From Octopus vulgaris (Eukaryota): DNA of 64,000 nt. The notes under the pieces were generated by a model, which saw only the letters and a program-made list of their open reading frames with translations, was not told the DNA's origin and ran no database searches. Shown one piece after another: positions 37,241 through 50,184 of this stretch. The stretch spans positions 104,408,001 through 104,472,000 of the forward strand of contig OX597823.1 of NCBI GenBank assembly GCA_951406725.2, given 5' to 3'. Each line of letters opens with the position of its first letter. The stretch's first letter is position 1. The position numbers and the translations under genes are program-made.

Positions 37241-38174
37241 AGGTTTGCATCAATGGTGGTACATGTCAAAGTACACCTACCTAAATTAGAACTTTATTAA
37301 GATAACTGACACTTTGGTTGGAGGATAAAGCACAGAAGTAACTTAACTGTTGGGCTGATCCCACCATTATAAGTATGAACAATCTACATACATGCAGTAT
37401 ATTTATAAAAACAACATGGCTGAGCCAATGAACATAAAATATTATTTTGTTCAGGTACATAACATAGAGCTGGTACTAATACATGAAGTGTGTGTTCTTA
37501 TAACAGAAATCTCAGTATTTAATACTTATCTGCAAAACTATTTGCTTTGAGCAAAATAGGAAGACTATTGATAGTCAGCAGACCTGCTAGAGATAACAAT
37601 TGAATCTTCCTCAAATTGCATCTCCTACCTTCTGAAAATAGGAAATGCTAGATAATGTTGCTAGACCCAAGTAAACTGCTAACAAAAAAGAAAGGTGTGA
37701 TGGTCAGAACCGGAACATCTTTGATCATAGCCAGTCTTACTTTGCTTGTAAGAAAGGCAATGATTTCAACAATATTAAACCTTGTTGAGTAAAGACAACT
37801 GTATAAGGCAGAAATCTCATACTATAATGTTGACTTTTTCTATTTCACACCATTTTCAACCAATGCATTTTTTGTACTTTTACAAGTAGAGTGTTTTTTC
37901 CCAACTCCATTCTGAAACTTAATATACGAATTCTCTGCATTAAACTATTTGGTTTATGAACAGAAAATTCTTCAAATACCACAAAAAAAATTTACAGTCT
38001 AAGAAAAATTCCTTATTGCTTTGTCATACCAGTCTTCACCCAAACTTATTCAACAAAAATTAATTGCAATAATATAGAATATATTAAGCAAAGCAAGTTT
38101 TAGGCTTAGTTTAAATTCCCAGTTATAACTTTGAAAATGCTTTTCGTAAAAAGCATACATATCAACTGTTCCAC

Positions 38175-38318
38175 ATCATCATCATCATCGTTTAATGTCC
38201 GTTTTCCATGCTAGCATGGGTTGGACAGTTCGACCGGGGTCTGGGAAGCCAGGAGGCTGCACCAGTCTGATCTGGAATGTTTCTACAGCTTGATGTCCTT
38301 CCTAATGCCAACCACTCA
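38175..38318 (-). mobile_element. RTE LINE 3' tail
   Basis: (cat)n cgtttaatgtccgttttccatgctagcatgggttggac. Confidence 0.85.
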
Positions 38319-38849
38319 AGCATTGATATTTTTAATTACATAATGTGAATTATCTTACATATTAGATATAAATAAAAACATGGTTGTCTGGAATTCAGTC
38401 TTGTTGTGTGGCACATAGGGCATCTGCTGTAAAAGCAACAGGTGAAAACTGTGTTTACATATATGCCTACTTATGATCTGCATCCTTTTATGGAAACCAG
38501 TGATCAAAAATGATGTTTGTTGATATTCCCTTTACTAACAGATCATCCTGAAGCTCTGCGCTTTTGAAAATCAGCAGATTAAAAACAAACAAACCATTAC
38601 TTTTGAAACAAGGATTAGCAATGGGAAAGGCATCTGGCCATAAAATATCTTAATACATATTCATCCAACCTATGCTAGCAGAGAAAAATGGACATAAAAC
38701 AAATGCTATTAATTTTATTTTTGAAGATGTAACATATTTTTTCTTATTTACTTCTATATTTCAATCTCTGACAGTTATCACTGTCTTACACCTGGATATT
38801 TATTTGTAAACTAATGATAGTGACATGTATGTAAATATTTTCTACAAAA

Positions 38850-39597
38850 GTGGATGAAAGACAAAGCTGACCGTAGCAGAATTTGAACTCAGAAATGTAA
38901 AGCCAGAAGAAATGCCACAAAGCATTTTGTCTGGTATGCTGACAAATTCAGCCATTTAGCTGCCTTCATGCATATATTTTTCTAGGCACAAGGCCCGAAA
39001 TATTTTGGAGAAGGGCCTAGTCAATTATATCGACCCTGAAAGGATGAAAGGCAAAGTTGACCTTGGATGCATCTGAACTCAGAATGTAAAGACAAATGAA
39101 ATATCTATTTCTTTACTACTCACAAGGGGCTAAACACAGAGAGGACAGACAAACGGATTAAGTTGATTATATCGACTCCAAAAGGATGAAACGCAAAGTC
39201 GACCTCAGCGGAATTTGAACTCAGAACGTAACGGCAGATGAAATACGGCTACGCATTTCACCCGGCATGCTAACGTTTTTGCTAGCTTGCTGCCTTCATG
39301 CATATATTAAATGGAAAAAAAAAATTATTTCTAAAAGTGAAGCTAATACACAAATAGTATTCCAGCTGACAAATGCCAGTCCCTACCCAAAAATTATTGG
39401 TTTCAAATTTTGGCATTGAGTCAGCAGCTTCGAAAAAAAGGGCTGAATTGGTTACATCATCCCCGGTGCTCAACTGATACTTATTTTACTGACCCTGAAA
39501 GGATGAAGGCAAAGTCAACCTCAGAACGTGCAGACAGATGAAATGCTGTTAAACATTTTATCTGGTGTTCTAATGATTCTGTCAGCTTGCTGCCTTT
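38850..39597 (-). mobile_element. Cluster of SINE family B copies
   Basis: Four aaggatgaaa..aagtc.acc..aactcagaa units. Confidence 0.85.
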
Positions 39598-39811
39598 CTT
39601 ACTCAGAAAATATTAAGGAATTTTTTACGATCCATTTATATTACTAAGACAAAATAAAAGTTTGCACCTTAGTAATTCTTCTTTCTTGCTATGGCGTTGG
39701 ACAAATTTGAAACCCTATAATTAAACAGAGTAAGTTTTCTATTTCTATGCCTTTTCAATCCTTGCACATTAGTATTAAACTGGAAATTTATGATCATGCT
39801 TTTTTTTTTGT

Positions 39812-40045
39812 TTTATTTGTTTCAGTCATTAGACTTTTTTTGCTAAACTGCTAAGTTATGGGGATCTAAACACACACATGACAGGTTTCTTTCAGTTTGT
39901 TTTTCAAATCCAATCCACTCGCAAGGCTTTGGTTGGTCCAAGACTATAGTAGAAGATACTTTCCCAGGGTGCCACAGTGAGACTGAACCTGGAACCATGT
40001 GGTTGAGGAAACAAGCTTCTTACCACACAGCCGTGCCTGTGCCTA
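39812..40045 (-). mobile_element. Internally deleted SINE family A
   Basis: Tail ttgtttcagtcatt and head accacacagccgtgcctgtgcc are both present. Confidence 0.8.
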
Positions 40046-40746
40046 TATGTAGAATACTTTAACATAATCTAAGTAAAATTCAAACGTTTTGAATTATTGT
40101 TTTCCATTGAATATAACCCATCAACAGATCATATCACTTTAACCTATAGAAACCCCTTGATGTTTTCAGACTAAATAATTTCCATTATGAAATGTTTATC
40201 GACATAAATATCAATAATTAAATTTCTATATGTATATCAAAACAGGATGTACTGGATTACAAATTCCATATGTCAGTTCTAACATATCATGCTTAAAAAA
40301 ACACAGCAGAAAGTGTGTTAGTAGCACAACATACGTAACACATACTGCAGGAAAATTGCATTTGATACGTACAAACCACCATCACTTTCTTGTTAAATTG
40401 AGGCTGCATCCTCTTCCTTCGTTACATTGATGGTCTCTCTCTCTGCAAAGTATGGCTAAATTTGCTTCATACCCACATTGGTTCAAGTTCACTTCCACAG
40501 CACAACACCTCTATCAAGTATTTTCTACCTGGTTTCAGATTGACCAATTGCTTTGTAAGAAATTGGTTGACATAAAATGGGTCCAAGCCTGTCATATGCA
40601 TGCTTGTAAACTTTTCTTATATTTTTTATAATGGACTCACATTCGAAACATCAACACTCCCTTCTTTTTAAGCATTAAATTAATACAACTAAAACTTGTT
40701 CCTCCTATGCTGTCTTTGCTTAGTTTTGTGTTCATTTCCATATATA

Positions 40747-41075
40747 GGCGCAGGAGTGGCAAGTAGCTTGCTTACCAACCACATGGTTCTGGGTTCAGTT
40801 CCACTGCATGGCACCTTGGGCAAGTGTCTTCTACTATAGCCTCGGGCCGACCAAAGCCTTGTGAGTGGATTTGGTAAACGGAAACTGAAAGAAGCCCGTC
40901 GTATATATGTGTGTCTGTGTTTGTCCCCGCAACATCGCTTGACAACCGATGCTGGTGTGTTTACATCCCCGTAACTTAGCGGTTCAGCAAAAAAGACTGA
41001 TAGAATAAGTACTAGGCTTACACAGAATAATTCCTGGGGTCGATCTGCTTGACTAAAACAAGTAAAAGAATAAAA
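40747..41075 (+). mobile_element. Near full-length SINE family A
   Basis: ggcgcaggagtggc..gggttcagttccactgcatggcaccttgggcaagtg (CORE-like box)..aaacaagtaaaagaataaaaag. Confidence 0.9.
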
Positions 41076-41296
41076 AGTATATATTATAGACTATCAGTTT
41101 TGATATTTTTGTCAGTCATAATGTTTAGGTTGTATGTGACATTTGAATTCTGCCAACAATTTGTAAAGAAGCCTGCAGACGTTGCAAGTGCAAGTGGTAT
41201 ATTTGCAGCTGCTTTTCTCCTTTGCCTTGCACCACCTCTAAGCATGTTAATACTGGTTGCAACAGTCTCTTAAACCAATTTGACACAACAATCTCC

Positions 41297-41648
41297 ATTT
41301 ACTTGTTTCAGTCACCCAACTGCATCTATGCTGGAGCACTGCTTTGAAGGGTTTTAGTTGAACAAATCAACCCCTAAAATCTCTTTAAAGCCTAATAGTT
41401 ATTTTATCAGTCTCTTTTGCCAAACTGCTAAGTTACAGGGACATAAATACACCAACATCAGCTGTCAAGTGTTAATGGGGGTGGGGACAGACACATATAT
41501 ACGAGCTTCTTTCGGCTCCCATCTACCAAATCCACTCACAAGGCTTTGGTTGGTCCAAGGCTATAGTAGAAGACACTTACCCACGGTGCCATGCAGTGGG
41601 ACTGAACCCAGAGCCATGTGGTTGGGAAGCAAGCTTCTTACTACTTAC
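41297..41648 (-). mobile_element. SINE family A
   Basis: tttacttgtttcagtc..cagtgggactgaaccc..gcaagcttctta. Confidence 0.85.
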
Positions 41649-42399
41649 CAAGAGATGTTAACATGAGCAAGAAAACAAACACAAGTGCTCTTTGAATGAA
41701 GCCATTTGCCATTTTTTTTTTACGGCATCAAGTTACAGACACTGCCAGTGAATCAGTAATTGGCTCATTGGAAATCTATTACTGATGCAATTGTCTTCCA
41801 ACTGCAACATATCAGTAGTTTCCAGAAATCTGCTGAACACTGTCTCTTTTTCCACAGTATCCACATTTTCGGAACTTTTGCATGGAATACTTTTATTCCT
41901 TCTCCCAAGACCAGCAGGCTTAGCTACATCTTGCCAAATATGGATCCCTCACGATCCCCACACAAAATCTTTAAGTAGTGTAGTTTGGGGTTCAGCTGAT
42001 TGAATATACTCCAATCACCAAGACTACCACCATTAATCTTAGCAGGATGAGAGATAAAGTGGACCTCACATGGGATTAAGAATGTAAAGATTAAATGCAG
42101 TAAAATACTTATTCTAACATTCTAATGAGTCTCTTAACCTATGTTTCTGCTATATATTAACATCACAAGACTGTCAAGGGAGTGAAGTAAGCATGAGAAT
42201 GAAAGCTCTGTACTATTACATTTTCTGCACTGCTACTGAAATACCAGAACATGTGAAGCCAATAATGCTGGTAAGAAGAAGTAGTCCTCAAAGAGTGCAT
42301 GTGAAACAACACAGTGAAAGCCAAAAGGAAGCTGTGATGTGAAACAAACTTCTCTCACTTGGGAATATGGAATGGCAGAACCAAGTTTGAAAACTGGAA

Positions 42400-43030
42400 T
42401 AAAGGCCAAGATTGCAGCTAAGATGAAGCTCTACAAGCTCTCAGTATTAGGACTATGACATGAGGGGGGATGCGAGCAAAACATATGTGCCTAGATACAA
42501 AGGAAAACTGCTCTATTCAGGGCATAAAAAGGACAGTGTACCACACAATGATGGAATGGTCAACTGTATTGCCCATTACCATCATAGGTTATCAGAAAAG
42601 CTAATCACTGCCTCCATAATGCTCGGACCCATCTTGAGATCACAGACCTTGTCAATGAATATAAAATTCAGGATTTTAAACCTGAGTATGAAGATAGTGC
42701 TGCTATATGTGCATAAAACATAGTGAATCACAAAGTTCTTTATTGACAAGTATTAAACATTTGTGAACAGATGTCTCTGGAATGTCCTTCAGGTGAAATT
42801 GCAAGAGAGAGACTTACAAAACCTTATGGGAAAAGTCAAGCCATCAACCTACTGAAACCCAAATCAAGTGAAAGACATGGGGTTGGCTGAGACACCCAAT
42901 AGAAACTGGTTTCTAATTATGCTGATGGTTACTGATAGGGATAAGTGTGGCAGACCAAAATCATGGAGAAGGTCCACAGAAAATGAAGCACTGGTAGGTA
43001 GGTACACCTGCAACCAACTGTTAAAGATCA
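42400..43030 (+). pseudogene. Highly decayed, internally deleted RTE-type LINE
   Basis: Endonuclease-like YKLSVLGL..LLYSGH, then KFRILNLSMKIVLLY..TFVNRCL..LW..WGWL..GRPK.WRR with many stops. Confidence 0.6.
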
Positions 43031-44477
43031 AAAGAGTTTTTTTTTGAGAAGCGCTCATCAGATATTCATGAAACCTTCCCTGACTCACTAGCCTTAGATC
43101 ATGGATTAGCTCAAACCCACACCTTGTTTGCCCTACATGTTGGAATTGATTCAACAAAAGAATGGTTTGCAGAAGAGCTCAATGAGATTATCTGTTGAGG
43201 AGTGAAATAATGTAATGATTCAGGTACTTATCCTTCTTCTGAGAGAGAGAATAAATAGAAATGTTCTCTTGAAACAAATGTGTTTTATGCTTCCTTTTCA
43301 GACTGAGGTAAGTTTTGCCTTTCTTTTTACTAAGTTCAGAAGCTAAAGAAAAAAATGTTGTATGAGCAAGGTGCTGAAACAAGAACCATAAAATGAACTT
43401 AGCTGACTTTAAATGACTGCCAAAAGAGTAGAAATGTGGGATTGACAGCCTCTCTTGTACATATGCAGCAGTGCACTTCAAAGTGGTTGGTGAATGAGCA
43501 GAGACAATATGAGGTAACAGAATTCTTGAGATTGGTGTTAGGAAAAGCACATGGCCATAATAAATAAACAAAAAAAAAAAAAAAAAAAAACTGGAACATC
43601 TGAGTGAGATCGGTCTCTTTGACCTGACTATGAGGAAAAGGGACTGTAATTCTTAACAAGAATTGACTCAGACTATGATACCTCTCCAATCAAAGATAGC
43701 TTGGAAGAATAAATATAAAACAATAATAATGATAATTTTGGTTGACTTATAAGGAACCCTAGTGCCAACTCCTTCTTTGCTACAAGTAAATTTGAATTCA
43801 ATGTTGCAAGTCAATGTAACATTTTCCCCAGTGATTCAGTGCTTCTCTGCTGTTCACTATAGTTATAGCTGCACTTTATCATGGAACCAATTTTGAAGAA
43901 AGGAAACATGGATTTTGATTTTGTAAATTACAGGTCTCTATTTCTCTTTATAACCATTTCTGCCAACACTTGAAACTGTATGAAAGCAGAAACATAATCA
44001 AGCATAAAGATTCTCACCACCTTTGCATAAACCACTGTATGTTATGGAAACATACTATAATCAGTTATGTATGATTTCACAGTGATAGGTGAATTGTAAC
44101 AGCTTGTTATTTTATAACAATACTAGGTCAAAAAGTAGAGGCATCTTAACTGATTTTTTTTTTTACCCATATACAGTTAAAATCAGCTGCTTCTCCCAAG
44201 CTGAATTTTTAAATCTATAAACAGAAGCAGTGTCCTCTCCAAAGGTGACTTTTCTCTATTCATAAATGATTAAAAACAGTGGGTTCTGTATTTTCACAAT
44301 TTTCTTTTTTTTTTTTTTAAAAAAAGAGCATTGTTTCTTTAAATATGAAAATCTGAAACAAATGATCAAATATCCTCCAACTCATAAAAGCCTGGAAAAG
44401 AGGATGTTAAAATGATAACAACAACGAGGCTATCAACATTGAAGCAAGTGTGAATCCAAAAGCAATTATTCTTTTCT

Positions 44478-44653
44478 TCTCTAGGCACAAAGCCTGAAAT
44501 TTTAGGGAAATGGGCCAGTCGATTAGATTGGCCCATTACGCAACTGGTACTTTATTGACCCCAAAAGGATGAAAGGCAAAGTTGACCTCGGCGGAATTTG
44601 AACTCAGAACGTAAAGACAGATGAAATACCGCTAAGCATTTTGCCCAGCGTGC
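44478..44653 (-). mobile_element. SINE family B
   Basis: aggcacaaagcctgaaattt..gttgacctcggcggaatttgaactcagaacg. Confidence 0.85.
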
Positions 44654-44679
44654 AAAAAGCAATTATTATGACAAGTCCT

Positions 44680-44835
44680 ACAATCTACTGGAAATAGCAT
44701 TCAAATCTCCCTCAAATCACACCCTATTAAGAAAGGGGACACTGGATGATGTAGTCCCAAATACATTATACCTGTGGGTGGGTGGGGGGTGCAGGCCACC
44801 TTTCCTAGGTCTGACCTCAGGCTAATCAACAACAA
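44680..44835 (+). repeat. Dispersed ~150-220-bp repeat family with (CAA)n end (also near 11690, 17780, 37570, 46515, 57150)
   Basis: Recurring ctagaaatagca..aatctccctcaaat..gataatgtagtcc..ggctaa.caacaac. Confidence 0.55.
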
Positions 44836-45189
44836 TGTTCAGTGATGATATGCTAACATTTGTCAGAAGTATAGCCACCAGAATTGACCCTATTAAATTA
44901 CTGGTACATACTTTGTAAACCAAATTTAAGTGAGAGGTAAAGTTTAGTCACAGTGTGATTTGAATCCAAAACAAACTGGCGAAAGGCTTCAAGTCCTTCA
45001 ACGGGGCACTCTGTAATCTCATTACATTAATAACAATTTTGATTTCTGACACAAGCAAAAATGTGGGAGATAGTTAGAGGTTGATTAAATGGGCCTCAGG
45101 ACATAAAAACATCAACTAAATACGACTAAGTATTTTGTCCAACCTTCTCACAATTCTGTCAATTCATTGCTATTAGATCTGTCACGAAC

Positions 45190-45995
45190 CCAAGGACACA
45201 TAAGGCTGGAGCTCAACCAGGTTTTCATGGCATATGAATGATTGAAATTACAAAACTCCCCACTGAATGGGATGCCAGTCCATCACAGGGTTAACTTACA
45301 AGCTATTACTGGAATCCATTTAAAACTGGCACTGGTATTCTGCTAGTTACAATGATGAGGGTTCCAGACAATCTGTTCAACAGAACAGCCTGCTTGTGGG
45401 AATTAATGTGCAAGTGGTTGAGCACTCACTCCACTGACACACATGCCCTTAAGCCTTTTGTTACCAACCTGGCTGAAGCAGGCTCTGGCTCTGTGTACAA
45501 ATGTCTTGTTTTCATAAGTTTTGAATTAAAATCTTCCACCAAACCTTAGTCACAATTCGTTCCCAACACTAGCTTAATGATAACTAAGTTATTTTATTAA
45601 ATTCTTTGACATATTTAAAGCAAGTGAAAAAAGCACAGAGCATCTCAAAATAAATACGATAACGAAAGGGTTAATGTAGTTCTCAGGGAGACTTAACATG
45701 ACACAGAATGTGACAAGGCTGGCCCTTAGGTTCTATTCGTTTTTGCCAGCTGAATGGACTGCAGCAACTTGTTCAAGGATACAACATACCACCAAGAATC
45801 AAACTCTCGACTGTGAGCTTAATACCCTAACCACTAAGCTATACACCTGCACTGGAATCCATTTACAGCTGAGTAGACTGAGGTGATGTGAAATGAAGTG
45901 TCTTGCTCAAGAATACAATGTACAATCTCATCCAGGAATTGAACCCATAATTTTATGATTATGAATGCAACACCCTAAGCACCAGGCCACATGCT
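45190..45995 (-). mobile_element. Nested old SINEs (CORE-type head, V-like 3' part) with a family C copy at 45335-45730
   Basis: gtcttgctcaagaatac..ggaattgaaccc (head), gggatgccagtccatcacagg (V-like), aacagcctgcttgtgggaattaatgtgcaagtgg (family C). Confidence 0.65.
45449..45674. mobile_element. piggyBac-type MITE with TTAA target-site duplication
   Basis: TTAA|gccttttgttacc ... gataacgaaaggg|TTAA. It splits the SINE C site cccTTAAcgtagttctc seen intact at 6031. Confidence 0.9.
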
Positions 45996-47199
45996 TTCAA
46001 TTTGGTGCTGTTACCTTAATATGATTTCTTAGATTGGCATAAGGCCAGAAATTTGGGAGAGGAAACAACTGATTGTATTGATCCTAATACTTGATGGGTA
46101 CTATAGTTTCTTAACCCTGGGAAGAAGATGAAAGCTAAGTTGCTTCAGTGGAATTTGAAACCGAAATGTTCAAGACTAACACCATGAAGTATTTTGTCTC
46201 ATTCAGCCACGCCATCTCCCTAAGTGAAATAATAAAATAACCCACCCATCCACTTCCACAATGAAGTGAATTCTAGTGTTTGTGGAGTGTTCATGGATAT
46301 GACACACAATCAACCCGATACTAAAAAAATTAGTCTGTCTCCTCTTGAGCTAAAATTCTCACTGGAACACACAATCTATTTTCCAACTGGGTCGAGAGGA
46401 TGAAATGTCTACTTAAGACACACCTGCAGTAGCTTCGGTGATACTATGTTAGAGAGACAGTGAAGTCAGATATCAAATTCATTTAAATATTTCAAGTCAA
46501 TAAAGCAGCCCAATGTATTAGAAATAGTAGCTAAATCTCCCTCAAATAATGCCTCCAATAACATTGGATTGTGTTGATAACGACACATTTTACTATCAAT
46601 GAAAGGACATGTTAGATATTGTTGTCAAAGACACACTGTGCCTGAAAAAAAAAACAAGTGGTGTTAGTCATGGCTGGAATGCTTATGATGATAGGTCTGC
46701 TTGACCAAAGATGTACTGGGGCCAAACAACAATAAAAACAACTCAATTATTTCACAAAAATCAAATTTAAAGAAAAAAAATTGTAATGGGGAGAAAAAGA
46801 GATTTTCAACATATTCTCTTTGCTTGGTTTTGAAATAATCCTCAATGTGTTGACCAGTGTTTAAAAGAGGGACCCAAAAAAATTTAACATTGGGTGGTGG
46901 TCACTTTTTCTTTTTTTTTTTCTTTTTAATTTTATTACTCCATGTCATAAAAAAAAAATCTTTATTTCCCCCCCAAAAATTCTTAGAAAATATTTTATTT
47001 AACATCAAACCGAGGTATAACTGGCAAGATTAGATTCCCAAATGAAGAGTCCTGAGGAATGAAATAACCTACTGAGTTTGCGTGAGCATGCTGAAATGAA
47101 AAAAAAAAAGAAAGAAAAATATTGATAAATAATAAAATATTACATATTTAACAAAAGGAAGCTATGTAGTCACACAGAGAGACAGACAGACAGACAGAC

Positions 47200-47239
<40 letters not shown>

Positions 47240-47242
<3 letters not shown>

Positions 47243-47420
47243 GGGACAATTCACGAAAAAAACAAGGTGTAGAAAAGAAACAGATGTATTAGTATAACGC
47301 TCGGGAATTGAAAAAGTCTTTAATGTTTTGAGCCTATGCTCTTCCACAGAAAGAAACACAGAAAGAAACAAGGAGAGAAAAAAAATGTGTGTAGTGGCTA
47401 GCGATCTATCATAGCGAATG
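47240..47420 (-). mobile_element. Penelope-like terminal fragment next to (TA)n
   Basis: Homologous to 9410-9597 (gagcctatgctcttccacagaaag..aaacaaggaga). Confidence 0.55.
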
Positions 47421-47688
47421 CTGGACAGAAGGGTCACACATGAGAGCTAAGAAGTAGGGGAGAAAACAAAGTAGTAGTGATACCAAAACGAAGGTGCGCG
47501 TGTGTGTATGAGAGTACATATGTGCGTGTGAAAGAGGGCTGATCTTGACGTGTGCACATGTGTATGTGTAGATGTGAAAATGTGGGGATGGGAATCGGTC
47601 AGTGCTGGTGTGTGCATGGTGGTGTGTTGTGATGGTGTTGGGGGAGGCAAGAGTGGGGAAAGCACGAGTATACACACACACACACACA

Positions 47689-47900
47689 CAGGGTGTCCCA
47701 TAATTAACTATCCATTTCAATGAAATCTGGCAAACTTAAAAAAACCCAAAAAGACAGAATTTTATGTTCATTAATTATGCTACCAAACAAAACGATTTAC
47801 ATGTCTTCGTTAGTGTTGTGAAACGCATTTTGAAGCATTTCAGCAGTTACCTCCTGCACTGCTAAGTAAATGTGTTATGTAAATTCAGCTAAACTATTGC
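47689..47900 (-). mobile_element. Possible Tc1/mariner terminal fragment
   Basis: cagggtgtcccataattaact is a TIR-like start; no partner TIR found. Confidence 0.35.
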
Positions 47901-48135
47901 TCCATCTGGGGGATGGAGACAGAGAAAATGATTGCAGCCGAATTGAGTAAAAGCTGCCATGGACACATAAGTGGGATCCAACAGGAATGAAAATAAAATT
48001 ATGAAAAAAATAAAAATTATAATCTAAATTAAAAAATTTATACATTGTCAGGGTCAATAAAAGAGTATCAGAAATAACAGTGAGTTTTTAAAAAAATTGT
48101 CTAGGTTCACTGAAATACTTAATTCTGGTGTCACA

Positions 48136-48507
48136 TCTCTCTATATATAAAGCTGAAGTTGTCTGTGTGTGGCAGCCTTCAACTAACACTATCTCTTCCG
48201 AGACCCTGCGGCGCAAGTTGACCAAAATTGAGAGTATGATAGAAGAAGGCTTGCTCTTCCTTCCGTAGAAGAAAAAATTAAAATCGGACAATGTTAACAC
48301 CAATAATTATTTACATCAAAAAGGTGCTTTTTTTTTCTATGAAAATCCCTATTTTTTACGATTTTGTGACTGCTGTGTCGTCATTTTTTGGTGTATTTCA
48401 AGCAGAAAAATGTTCACTTAAAGAGAATAACAAGCTACATAATGCAAAATTTTTACTTTTCAAAAATTCCAATTCTAAAGGGTCGAAACAAACCCGAGCA
48501 TCGCTAG
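48136..48507 (+). mobile_element. Non-autonomous Helitron (same family as 21808-22198)
   Basis: A|TCTCTCTATATATAAAGCTGAAG ... CCCGAGCATCGCTAG|T; the 3' hairpin is partly deleted. Confidence 0.85.
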
Positions 48508-48580
48508 TATAAAATAAATGAAGATGAATTGATAGTCAATAGTTCAATAGCATGTTAATTCATTTGCACACTATATAGAT

Positions 48581-49460
48581 TGTGCAAGAGAGACGACACT
48601 ATATAGGTGTGCAAGAGAGACGTTTGCGCTGGTATGGTCATGTGGCGAGAATGGATGAAGATAGTTGTGTGAAAAAGTGCCACGCCCTAGCGGTTGAGGG
48701 AACCTGTGGAAGAGGCAGACCCAGGAAAACCTGGGACGAGGTGGTGAAGCACGACCTTCGAACTTTAGGTCTCACTGAGGAAATGACTAGAGACCGAGAC
48801 CTCTGGAAGTGTGCTGTGCGCGAGAAGACCCGGCAGGACAAGTGAGTCCACAACCCGTGGCCTTCTACATGGGATGGAGCCAGCCTACGTATGCATACCT
48901 TCCCTTCTTGGGACACAAAACTCTACTTGTGAAGACGTGTTGAGGCAAGTGAGGATCAGAATCGAAATCGATCAATGGAAATTGCGGATGTGCTACCAGT
49001 GCCGGTGGCATGTCGAAACTCTGCTTGTGAAGACCCATTGAGGCAAGTGAGGATCAGAATCGAAATCGATCAATGGAAATCGATCAATGGAAATTGCAGA
49101 TGTGTTACCAGTGCCGGTGGCATGTAAGAGAACTTTCCGTTTCGCGACCGTTGCCAGCACCGCCCCGTTTCGTGTCCGTTGCCAGCCTCGCCTGGCCCTC
49201 GTGCCGGTGGCACATAAAAAGCACCATCCGTTCGTGGCCGTTTGCCAGCTCTGTCTGGCACCAGTGCGGGTGGCACGTAAAAAGCACCCACTACACTCAC
49301 GGAGTGGTTGGCGTTAGGAAGGGCATCCAGCCGTAGAAACACTGCCAGATTTGACTGGGCCTGATGAAGCCTTCTGGCTTCACAGACCCCAGCAGAACCG
49401 TCCAACCCATGCTAGCATGGAAAACGGACGCTAAATGATGATGATGATGATGATGATGAT
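48581..49460 (+). mobile_element. Short 5'-truncated RTE LINE with 3'UTR and (GAT)n tail
   Basis: VQERRLRWYGHVARM..GRGRPRKTW..REKTRQDK*; 3'UTR homologous to the other two copies. Confidence 0.95.
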
Positions 49461-49964
49461 AGATTACATATGATGTGATATCACATAGTTTTCACTATTT
49501 TCTACTCTAAATCACCAGGTAGACAGAATCGATCACATCAGAAACTATGGAGTTGATAACCATGATCATTAAGATCCAAACCAAATGATGTGATGTAATG
49601 TGTGTGTGTGTGTATAAATAATCAGCTCCAAGTTGTCTTTCTTGGCATCTGGTGCTGAAGAGAATTTTGAAGAGCAATTTCAAAATGCATCCATCAGTGT
49701 AACAGAGAGTACTGTGAGTTGACTATGGCATTTAAACACTTTTTTTGTTTTGAGTGAGAAAATAATTTTTTTTATGACAAACTGCAGTGAAAAGCCTTTA
49801 TAGGTTCAAATACCTCTCAAGCATATTTGAACTGATCTTAGGTTTGTATACTTTCCTTCACTGCTTCACACATCGACACACAAAACACACATATATTACC
49901 AAAGTGGTTTGAAATCAGAAGGCAAAGAGCCACAACAAATATGTAAAGGTACCCAGTCTAATAA

Positions 49965-50184
49965 GGCGGTGAGCTGGCAGAAACGTTAGCATGCTGGGCG
50001 AAATTCTTAGTGGTATTTCGTCTGTCACTACATTCTGAATTCAAATTCCGCCGAGGTTGACTTTGCCTTTCATCTTTTTGGGGTCAATTAAATAAGTACC
50101 AGTTACGCACTGGGGTCGATATAATCGACTTAATCCATTTGTCCTCTTTGTGTTTAGCGCCTTGTGGGTAGTAAAGAAAATAGG
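49965..50184 (+). mobile_element. Full-length SINE family B (long-tail form)
   Basis: ggcggtgagctggcagaaacgttagc..ttcaaattccgccgaggttgactttgcctttcatc..cttgtgggtagtaaagaaaatagg. Confidence 0.9.

Noticed and set aside
37243-37284. EGF-like peptide VCINGGTCQS
   Set aside because: It overlaps the decayed end of a SINE, is followed by a stop within a few codons, and lacks the remaining cysteines.
41100-41290. Stop-poor segment between two SINEs as a possible exon
   Set aside because: No recognisable peptide in any frame and no convincing splice-site pair.
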